Source: an uncultured Candidatus Saccharibacteria bacterium
Lineage (GTDB): Bacteria > Patescibacteriota > UBA1384 > XYA2-FULL-43-10 > 1-14-0-10-43-13
Direction of reading: 5' to 3'
DNA length: 32,000 nt
Assembly (NCBI GenBank): GCA_964543385.1
Contig: CAZIYE010000001.1
Coordinates: 30,001-62,000, forward strand
Made by a program: the position numbers and the translations under genes. The notes beneath the pieces were generated by a model. The model saw only the letters and a list, made by a program, of their open reading frames with translations, did not search any database and was not told the DNA's origin. This document shows, one piece after another, positions 16,291 through 23,490 of the stretch (the stretch's first letter is position 1; each line of letters starts with the position of its first letter).

Positions 16291-19207
16291 CAACGATACT
16301 GACAAGCTTCTTTGGAATAATTATCGTTTTGATGACTTCTTTACCTTCAATAAGCTGCTTTATTTTATCGGAGTCAAGAGCAGTTTTCTTTAGTTCTTCA
16401 TCTGATATACCAGAAGAAACCGTTAGCTTATCACGTACCTTACCATTTATTTGAATTACTATTTCAACATTATCAGCAATTAAATACTCGGGATCAGCTT
16501 TTGGCCAATCATGCATCTCAATTGAATCTTTATTTTCGATCATAGCCCAGAGCTCAGAGGCAATATGTGGAGCAGCAGGGTAAAGCAATAGCATAAACTT
16601 GCTATAAGATTCTTTTGAGATCTTACCAGCCTTTTCTATAGCATTGTTTAGTTCCATCAATTTAGCAATATAGGTATTGAATCTAAAACCCTCAATATCT
16701 TCTGAAATACCAACAATCGTTTGGTTTAATTTAATCAGTAGTTCTTTCGAATCTTCGGCGCTGTCTAACTTCTCGATGTTGGCCCAAACCCGTTTCAGGA
16801 ATCTAAAAACTCCCTGTACACCAGCAGTACTCCAAGCGGACTCTTGGTCATAAGGCCCAATAAACATTATGTATGCGCGCAAAGTATCAGCACCATATTC
16901 AGAAGCAATATCGTCAGGGTTGATCACATTGCCAAATGACTTACTCATTTTCCTACCGTCTGGTCCAAGAATAATACCATGCGCAATTCTCTTAGCATAA
17001 GGCTCGCTTGTTGGAGCAATATTTAAATCATGAAGAAATTTATGCCAGAATCTCGAATAGAGAAGATGAAGAGTAGTATGTTCCATTCCACCATTATATA
17101 TATCGACAGGAGTCCAATATTCGAGTTTATCAGTCGCTGCTAGCTGAGCTTTATTCTCAGGATCGCAATAACGAAGGAAATACCAAGATGATCCCGCCCA
17201 GTTTGGCATAGTATCAGTCTCACGTTTTGCATCCCCACCACATTTTGGACACTTTGTATCAACCCAATCAGCAATAGCAGCCAGTGGGGACTCTCCCGTA
17301 TCTGTTGGTTCATATTTATCAACGTCAGGCAGAGTTAGCGGTAGCTGATCATCAGATAGTGGTACCATGCCACATTTATCACAATGAACTATAGGAATTG
17401 GCTCACCCCAATAATGCTGACGAGAAAATATCCAATCACGTAATTTAAAATTAACGGCCTTTTTGCCAACATTATGATCTTCGAGCCAACTAATCATCTT
17501 TTCTTTAGCTTGTTTTGACGGCAGATCATCAATAAAGTCAGAATTTACAGAAATGCCCAAATCAGAAAAGGCTTTCTCGCCCTCAACATAAGTAGTCCAA
17601 TAATACAGGTGATTTTCAAGATTTATAAAATTGTCTACCTTACTTTTCTCCACCCAGATTCCTTTATGATTTTTGATTTCTTCTGGATTAGGCTCAATAA
17701 ATTTATCCGATCCAAGCTCGATGAAAAAGGCACTAAAAACACCATATCGATTAACATTTTTATGACTGGCAAAGAAGGTATTATGAGTTGTAAAACCCAC
17801 TCTCTTTACCGACTTAATATCCTGATAACCAGTCTCTTCTTTCACTTCACGAACTATCGCTTCATCTTCTTTTTCGCCATCCTCAACACCACCGATAACA
17901 AAAGAATGCCAATCAAACTTCTCCCAGTCAAGTAAGTAGTATTTATCTTCACTCCAATGTTTGATGATACCTATGACAGCGTTTCTTCTGATAGTTTCCT
18001 TATCTTTCCTCGTTGCATCCCGACCAGTATTATTCTCAAAAAACGGAGCCACTACCTGCTTTATTTCAATATTATATTTTTTTGCAAATTCTAAATCACG
18101 CTCATCATGCGCAGGAACAGCCATGATAGCACCAGTTCCATAGCTTGCAAGAACATAGTCAGCAACATAGATAGGGATCTCCTCGTCATTAACTGGATTT
18201 ATTGCATAGACACCATATAGTTTGACTCCTGTCTTCTCTTTTTGCAATTCGGTTCGCTCAAGATCAGATTTCTTTTTTGCCTTATCTATATAGACTTTAA
18301 TCTCATCAAAATTTTGTATATGGTGACCGAGCTTACTAACGATTGGATGCTCAGGAGACACTACAAGATAAGTGCAACCAAAAAGCGTATCAGGTCTAGT
18401 AGTAAAGACCTCTATCTGCTCATCTGAGACAGTACCACTGAGGGATTTAACAACAAAATCTACATTTGCTCCGATTGATTTTCCGATCCAGTTAACTTGC
18501 TGGGTTTTTATTTTTTCTAGGTAATCTACTGTATCTAGATCTTTGATTAATCTGTCTGCATAAGCAGTAATACGAAGCATCCATTGCTTTTGTTTTCTTT
18601 TCTCGGCTTGAGTACCACATCGCTCGCAATTGCCGGAAATAACTTCTTCATTTGCAAGTACAACTTTACAAGAAGGACACCAGTTCACAGGCATTTCAGC
18701 TTGAAAGGCCAAACGAGGAGTAGAAGTATCATCGTCAGCAACCTCTATTAATTTACCATCGACAACTGCGTGCTTGTAAAACTGTAAAAATATCCACTGG
18801 GTCCATTTATAATATTGAGGATCTGTAGTATTTACTTCTCGGCTCCAATCAAAAGCAAGGCCCAACGACTTCATCTGCTTTTTAAACGTCTCGACATTAT
18901 TTTTTGTAGCAACTGCCGGCTTGATCTTGTTCTTTATGGCAAAGTTTTCTGTTGGCAAGCCAAAAGCATCCCAACCGATAGGGTACATAGTATTGTAGCC
19001 TTGCATTCGCTTCATTCGACAATAAGCATCTGAGGCACCGTAACCCATACAATGGCCAACATGAAGACCAGCGCCAGAAGGATAGGGGAACTCTACTAGA
19101 TGGTAGTGCTTTGGTTTTTTAGAAAAATCTTCCGATTTTCCATAATTATTTTCTTCCCAAATCTTCTGCCACTTAGCTTCGATTTCTGTGAAATTATAAT
19201 CTTTCAT
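16283..19207 (-). CDS. leuS: leucyl-tRNA synthetase carrying an internal Nudix-fold insertion
   Basis: 974 aa. HIGH-type LHVGH, KMSKS, CP1 editing motifs TTRPDTLFG and GTGAIMAVPAHDERDLEFAKKY, then RDWIFSRQHYWGEPIP. About 145 extra residues lie after CP1. Confidence 0.95.
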   Translation of the reverse strand: MKDYNFTEIEAKWQKIWEENNYGKSEDFSKKPKHYHLVEFPYPSGAGLHVGHCMGYGASDAYCRMKRMQGYNTMYPIGWDAFGLPTENFAIKNKIKPAVATKNNVETFKKQMKSLGLAFDWSREVNTTDPQYYKWTQWIFLQFYKHAVVDGKLIEVADDDTSTPRLAFQAEMPVNWCPSCKVVLANEEVISGNCERCGTQAEKRKQKQWMLRITAYADRLIKDLDTVDYLEKIKTQQVNWIGKSIGANVDFVVKSLSGTVSDEQIEVFTTRPDTLFGCTYLVVSPEHPIVSKLGHHIQNFDEIKVYIDKAKKKSDLERTELQKEKTGVKLYGVYAINPVNDEEIPIYVADYVLASYGTGAIMAVPAHDERDLEFAKKYNIEIKQVVAPFFENNTGRDATRKDKETIRRNAVIGIIKHWSEDKYYLLDWEKFDWHSFVIGGVEDGEKEDEAIVREVKEETGYQDIKSVKRVGFTTHNTFFASHKNVNRYGVFSAFFIELGSDKFIEPNPEEIKNHKGIWVEKSKVDNFINLENHLYYWTTYVEGEKAFSDLGISVNSDFIDDLPSKQAKEKMISWLEDHNVGKKAVNFKLRDWIFSRQHYWGEPIPIVHCDKCGMVPLSDDQLPLTLPDVDKYEPTDTGESPLAAIADWVDTKCPKCGGDAKRETDTMPNWAGSSWYFLRYCDPENKAQLAATDKLEYWTPVDIYNGGMEHTTLHLLYSRFWHKFLHDLNIAPTSEPYAKRIAHGIILGPDGRKMSKSFGNVINPDDIASEYGADTLRAYIMFIGPYDQESAWSTAGVQGVFRFLKRVWANIEKLDSAEDSKELLIKLNQTIVGISEDIEGFRFNTYIAKLMELNNAIEKAGKISKESYSKFMLLLYPAAPHIASELWAMIENKDSIEMHDWPKADPEYLIADNVEIVIQINGKVRDKLTVSSGISDEELKKTALDSDKIKQLIEGKEVIKTIIIPKKLVSIVVK
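17573..18010 (-). other. Nudix hydrolase domain embedded in LeuRS (aa ~400-545)
   Basis: Perfect Nudix box GX5EX7REUXEEXGU: GGVEDGEKEDEAIVREVKEETGY (aa 439-461, nt 17825-17893). Flanking beta-strand-like segments (AVIGIIKH, YYLLDWEK.DWHSFVIGG, VFSAFFIEL) fit the Nudix fold. Confidence 0.75.
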
Positions 19208-19271
19208 TTGGCCTCAACTTTTCAGTCTTATAACTTGATAAATTATAACTTCAATCTACCACTTTATCGCC

Positions 19272-19300
19272 TTGAATTCAATTTCAAATTATTGTAGAAT
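19272..19300 (+). promoter_or_regulatory. sigma70-type promoter for tRNA-Ala
   Basis: TTGAAT (19272-19277), 17 nt, TAGAAT (19295-19300). The predicted start lies a few nt before the mature tRNA 5' end. Confidence 0.5.
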
Positions 19301-19313
19301 CAATTGTATTCGT

Positions 19314-19390
19314 GGGCCCTTAGCTCAGTTGGCTAGAGCGCCTCCATGGCATGGAGGAGGCCAAGGGTTCAAGTCCCTTAGGGTCCACCA
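19314..19390 (+). tRNA. tRNA-Ala, anticodon GGC, CCA encoded
   Basis: Hand-folded cloverleaf. Acceptor GGGCCCT/AGGGTCC with the G3:U70 Ala identity pair and A73. D-arm GCTC-AGTTGGCTA-GAGC. Anticodon arm CCTCC-ATGGCAT-GGAGG. T-arm AAGGG-TTCAAGT-CCCTT. 77 nt. Confidence 0.93.
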
Positions 19391-19421
19391 AAAAATAACT
19401 AGTCTAGGACTAGTTATTTTT
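19391..19421. terminator. bidirectional intrinsic terminator between tRNA-Ala and the convergent 1050-aa gene
   Basis: Perfect 14-bp stem AAAAATAACTAGTC / GACTAGTTATTTTT, 3-nt loop, A-run and T-run on either side. Confidence 0.7.
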
Positions 19422-19479
19422 TGTTAGTTTACATTATATGCTTAGTGAATTTAACCTCGTTTTAAGACAGAATAACTAG

Positions 19480-22400
19480 TTATTTTAGTAATACAGCATC
19501 TATTTCACCTTCGGCAATATCACCAGGGGTCCGGAAATTAACCGTTCTAATCATGATTCCTTGCTTAAAAAAGGGCCTAAAACCTGGACCGTCCGCATAA
19601 CCAGGTACCAACAAGAAGCATCCGCTTTTGTCGTAAGATTCTTTAAACATTTTTAAGTTAGAGTCATTATCAGGAGTCATGGTATTCATTCTTGTCATGG
19701 ATAGCACAATCTTTCCATTCCTTTGCTTTTTTGGAAGATTTGGCCCAATCCCAACACGATAATGAAAAGGGTTATTCTGATCGAGATTAGTTAGTATTGT
19801 CACCCTGATTCTGTCCTCTTCATCTCGCTCACCGATCTCTTCCTTCCAATTAGAGAAAATTTTTTTTCCAGCATCGATATTCTTGAAAATTACGGTCAGC
19901 ACCGGTGGATGAATATTCTCTGACGCAGGAATAAATCCTACTCCTTGCCATTGTGCCTCATCCCATAAAACTGGCCTTGATGTTAAGAGAGTTTCAAAAT
20001 CTCCATGTTTAACTTGACGAAAGGGATCTTCGGCAAGTTCTGCCGCATTCTCTCCATCATCAGGTTTCTCGACAGAGGGAAAACTGAGTAGATTTTGTCG
20101 AGCAATTGGGTATTCGGTATCTTCATTTTTAATCCAATCAGCAAGCTTTGTCTTTGGCTTTTTACCAAGCACATTCCCAATTGTGATAAATGAACCCGTG
20201 AAGTTCAATGATCGCTCTACTGCTAGTTCACCGACAAGCAACGCTTGTAATTCTTTCTCGTCCCTAAAAACTACCATTCGAGCAGTAATATCTACGATAA
20301 TTTTAAAAAGTGATTCGTTAATCTTCTCTTGGTCTTTGCGCCTGATTGAATGGGGATCAAAATTTGTGCAGTGTATCTCAATACGTGGCCCTGAAGGATC
20401 ATCCTTGCACTCATGGCTGATTAACTCTCCATGTGCAGAGTCATCAACCGTAATTATTACTTGGCTTTCCCTTGGTATCTGGCGATTAGTGATGGTTGTT
20501 GACAGAAAACTTTCAAGCGCCGCCAAAACTGATTCTGTCAATTCAAGACAAGGAGATTGATTTTTTGCCTCGACAATAATCTTACAACCTAAGATTATTG
20601 ATTCAAACTTTACATCTTTATCTTCTGTTTGGATTGCATTTGATGGTAAATAATCCTCATCAGCTATCTGTGCCCATTTAGTAAAGAATTCTGTGTATTC
20701 CTCATAAGGAATGTTGTCCTTAAATTCTTCCCAAAATTTATCTTCATGCCCAAGTGCATACAGCAATGCAATTCGCGCAAAATCCATTCCTATTCGCGCA
20801 AGAACATCTGGTAATTTTTGCATAGCTTCCAGAGTACGTTTATCTGATCGTAATATAATATACCCTAATGCTAGTTCAAACTTGTCAACCGCCTCCAATA
20901 AATCGCCTTTATCTGACCTTTTTTGAATCAGCGCATTCCTCATTGTTAGATCCAGCTGATGCCAATCAAGAGATTGAGGCATTCGACCCAATCTAAGCTC
21001 TAACCATTTAAGTCGACTATAACAAGCGGCCTGCATTCGATTGATTTCTCCATGACTCCAGAAACTACTAGTAGCTAGTGATGCAGATGTGACAAGCACT
21101 CCTCTTGCTGCCCACAGTAATCCTGCCATTTCATAAGCTATACTGATCAGATATAGTGCCTCCACGATCTCGTCTTTGCTCTCATATTTATATAGCTTGG
21201 TTAGAGAGCGTCCTAATACGATGATGGCTTGATATGTATCTTCATTTCTAATTAATTCTTTTCCCCTATCTAGAAGTAGTTTTGCGCCTGTAACTTCTCC
21301 TTCCCTTCGAGAGATTTCTTCAACTGTTTCCTCAAATAATTTGCCATATTCGGAGTTGCTGACAAGCATTTTTCCCAATTCAATGATGATGTCTGCGTGC
21401 GGCCTGAAAGGAAATCCGATCAAGTTTCTTGACTCTTTGACAGAAGCGCGTAAATCAGATATTAGATTATTAGCTTCTTCACCGTTCACTAACCTGTTTG
21501 ATAATTCAACTTCGTTATTTAAAAAGCGAGCATACAAAGAAGAACTTGGTTTTTCATCATCTTTCATTAAGTCGCCGAGCTTTGATTTAAGAATTTTAGC
21601 TTTTTCGTCTAGAAAGTCAGAATCAATTTTGGCCAAACCAGATCGATGGATATTATATAAACAGTGCCAAAGATTACACAAGCGCTCAATTTGAAAGATA
21701 TTATTGCCTGTTATCGCCAGCTTCTCAACCTCAAGATACTGATCTATAAATGTAGAATAATCTTCATGCCACCAAAAGAGCGTCCAGGCATACTGATAGT
21801 TATAGTCAAATAATAAATAGGGGTTAGCCAGCTTTTTAGTCAATCTTTGCGCCCTTAAAAATCTGCCATCAATATCAGTTCTCGGCAACTCAAGTTCTCT
21901 GGCGATGATAGCGGAATCGATCGAATCTTCTGCGACAGCATCGTTAATATTGTTTGCTTCTATTGCCTTGTCTATGCGCTCATCCAATTCACTTAGACGA
22001 TCCTCCTTTTTTTGATCCAACGGTCCCTTTTTAACCTGCTCCCAGGAACTGCTCTTAATGCCCAACTCTTCCTGGGCAATTTTTTCACGCTTACTTTGGA
22101 AGATCTGGTCCAATATCCATGTGCGATCCATGATTTGAACTTCAACACCAAATTTTTCGCGAAGCATATCCTGTGTCTCTGACCTTTTCCTCGAACTAAT
22201 GCTTTTGCTGGATAAAAAATAAATACGCTTAAAATTGCGATCGGTTCCGACAGCTTTCTCAACATCGGCAACAACTTTCGCCTTCCAATTCTTATTGACG
22301 CTAATCGCAAGACCCCAACGCTCATCTGCTGCTTTCTTTTCAACGCATGAATACCATCCGAGCACTGTTATATCTGACACAGGGTAAGTTTCTGAGTCAA

Positions 22401-22632
22401 CCTTGCCATCACCGCCTCCTGTCGGACCAGTATTTGGCATAAAATTTGGACTTATCGCCGCTCTGCACAATCGTATTCCAAATCTTTCGAATTCTACCTC
22501 TTGGCTTCTGCTCGATAGTGTATCAAGGTAATGCTCAAGAACAATACGATCAATTTGTGACTCTTTGATTGATGAAGAATCAGAAAATTGCTTTGGTCGT
22601 CTAGCTCTAAGAAATTGTTTTGGCGTGATCAT
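19480..22632 (-). CDS. 1050-aa orphan protein: N-terminal Mrr/PD-(D/E)xK-like signature, long all-helical repeat body, unassigned C-terminal domain
   Basis: Uninterrupted 3.15-kb ORF. N-terminus reads FERFGIRLCRAAISPNFMPNTGPTGGGDGKVDSE...WGLAISVNKNWKAKV...RIYFLSSKSISSRKR...GVEVQIMDRTWILDQI, resembling the Mrr_cat layout (FE helix, GDGG-ID strand, xK strand). The middle ~450 aa are helical and TPR-like in composition. No Walker A motif. No family recognised for the last ~250 aa. Confidence 0.85.
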   Translation of the reverse strand: MITPKQFLRARRPKQFSDSSSIKESQIDRIVLEHYLDTLSSRSQEVEFERFGIRLCRAAISPNFMPNTGPTGGGDGKVDSETYPVSDITVLGWYSCVEKKAADERWGLAISVNKNWKAKVVADVEKAVGTDRNFKRIYFLSSKSISSRKRSETQDMLREKFGVEVQIMDRTWILDQIFQSKREKIAQEELGIKSSSWEQVKKGPLDQKKEDRLSELDERIDKAIEANNINDAVAEDSIDSAIIARELELPRTDIDGRFLRAQRLTKKLANPYLLFDYNYQYAWTLFWWHEDYSTFIDQYLEVEKLAITGNNIFQIERLCNLWHCLYNIHRSGLAKIDSDFLDEKAKILKSKLGDLMKDDEKPSSSLYARFLNNEVELSNRLVNGEEANNLISDLRASVKESRNLIGFPFRPHADIIIELGKMLVSNSEYGKLFEETVEEISRREGEVTGAKLLLDRGKELIRNEDTYQAIIVLGRSLTKLYKYESKDEIVEALYLISIAYEMAGLLWAARGVLVTSASLATSSFWSHGEINRMQAACYSRLKWLELRLGRMPQSLDWHQLDLTMRNALIQKRSDKGDLLEAVDKFELALGYIILRSDKRTLEAMQKLPDVLARIGMDFARIALLYALGHEDKFWEEFKDNIPYEEYTEFFTKWAQIADEDYLPSNAIQTEDKDVKFESIILGCKIIVEAKNQSPCLELTESVLAALESFLSTTITNRQIPRESQVIITVDDSAHGELISHECKDDPSGPRIEIHCTNFDPHSIRRKDQEKINESLFKIIVDITARMVVFRDEKELQALLVGELAVERSLNFTGSFITIGNVLGKKPKTKLADWIKNEDTEYPIARQNLLSFPSVEKPDDGENAAELAEDPFRQVKHGDFETLLTSRPVLWDEAQWQGVGFIPASENIHPPVLTVIFKNIDAGKKIFSNWKEEIGERDEEDRIRVTILTNLDQNNPFHYRVGIGPNLPKKQRNGKIVLSMTRMNTMTPDNDSNLKMFKESYDKSGCFLLVPGYADGPGFRPFFKQGIMIRTVNFRTPGDIAEGEIDAVLLK

Positions 22633-22666
22633 TATGAGCCCAGGTTACTGCTATTAACTAACTATT

Positions 22667-22695
22667 AGGGTAATTAGTTCTCAGTAAGATGTCAA
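22667..22695 (-). promoter_or_regulatory. possible promoter of the 1050-aa gene
   Basis: Minus strand has TTGACA (complement of 22690-22695), 17 nt, TACCCT (complement of 22667-22672). No clear SD before the ATG. Confidence 0.3.
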
Positions 22696-22845
22696 TCGCT
22701 TTTCGAGGTATTCATCTGGGATTATCAGCGCTCCCTTGGTCTAACTTTGAGCCAAGAGGTGGTAGGAATATCCAGGCACTATTAATTAGACTGATTACTG
22801 TAAATTTCTCTTAGTATCGGCTCCCATTCGTGCATAAAATCAATG

Positions 22846-22882
22846 AAGGTGTTCCAAGTTTTTTCGTCATAGTCCACCAAAG
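22846..22882 (+). repeat. degenerate direct copy of the tRNA-Ala 3' end (candidate att remnant)
   Basis: AAGGtGTTCcAAGT (22846-22859) matches tRNA AAGGGTTCAAGT (19363-19374). GTCCACCAAA (22872-22881) matches tRNA 19383-19392 at 10/10. Same strand, same order, spacing 26 vs 20 nt. Confidence 0.4.
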
Positions 22883-22986
22883 AAAAATCAATTCTCACAA
22901 GATTATTTTTTCTTGATTGACAAAAGTCCCTAATCTATCAGAGAACAAAAAATAGGATATGCGTTAGTGGCGGTTAGAACAATCTG

Positions 22987-23478
22987 TTAGATTATATATT
23001 TTTTAACCTCTTCATAACTTTTTGAAGCAAAGAAAGAGTTATTTACCCATTGCTCACCTGTTATATCTTTGCCAAACCAATCAGGGATAGAAAAATCTTT
23101 CACTGACATATCATCAACAAAAACCATTTCTATTAAAATAAAACCTTCAAGATTACCATGAAAAACATCGATTCTTAGTTCTGGTCCTATTCCTAGATTC
23201 GAATAATAATATCTTGTTTTGGAAAGCTTCTTGGGAATTAATTTCCAAATTGAACCAAATTCCTCCTTGGAGATAGGCAACTCTATATGCTCTCTTATGC
23301 TAGCATCGCCAGGCATTCCAATAAGTTTTTTAGTAACTGAATATAATTCATCTTTCTTTCTGAATCTGAGTGAATCCTGTGCATCGATAAAATAACCCTG
23401 ATCTATTTCAGCCTTTTGATGTTTCTCAAGATCTTTTGGTAATTCTTTAACTAAAAAAGTTTTTTCGATTCTGACCAT
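22987..23478 (-). CDS. CYTH (triphosphate tunnel metalloenzyme-like) domain protein with non-canonical N-terminal motif
   Basis: 163 aa. RIEKTFLVKELP......IDQGYF...LRFRKK....SVTKK...IREHIEL...SKTRYYY...LRIDVF.GNLEGFILIEMVF...IPDWFGKDITGE..VNNSF follows the CYTH strand pattern. The canonical EIERKFLV start reads RIEKTFLV. Confidence 0.75.
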   Translation of the reverse strand: MVRIEKTFLVKELPKDLEKHQKAEIDQGYFIDAQDSLRFRKKDELYSVTKKLIGMPGDASIREHIELPISKEEFGSIWKLIPKKLSKTRYYYSNLGIGPELRIDVFHGNLEGFILIEMVFVDDMSVKDFSIPDWFGKDITGEQWVNNSFFASKSYEEVKKYII

Positions 23479-23490
23479 ATTTGCCCCTCT

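Noticed and set aside
17140-19297. Small ORFs inside or antisense to leuS (17140..17322-, 17609..17935+, 17961..18143+, 18242..18427+, 18815..19033+, 19100..19297+).
   Set aside because: Shadows of the LeuRS reading frame. The 108-aa ORF at 17609 is simply the antisense of the Nudix insertion.
19983-22343. ORFs nested in the 1050-aa gene (19983..20180-, 20183..20560+, 20711..20926+, 21341..21694+, 21993..22343-).
   Set aside because: The single 3.15-kb frame is far longer than chance allows in AT-rich DNA. The nested ORFs have no start signals.
22540-22560. GPTGGGDGK in the 1050-aa protein as a possible Walker A P-loop.
   Set aside because: The spacing is not GxxxxGK[ST] and the residue after Lys is Val. 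It fits the GDGG-ID strand of Mrr-like nucleases better. No Walker B partner was seen.
22790-22930. 47-codon open frame on the minus strand of the intergenic region (IRDFCQSRKNNLVRIDFSLVDYDEKTWNTFIDFMHEWEPILREIYSNQSN).
   Set aside because: It has no ATG, no SD and no recognisable family, and its length is within chance expectation. It overlaps the tRNA-like repeat, so only one interpretation can hold. I kept the repeat, but this remains an open caveat.
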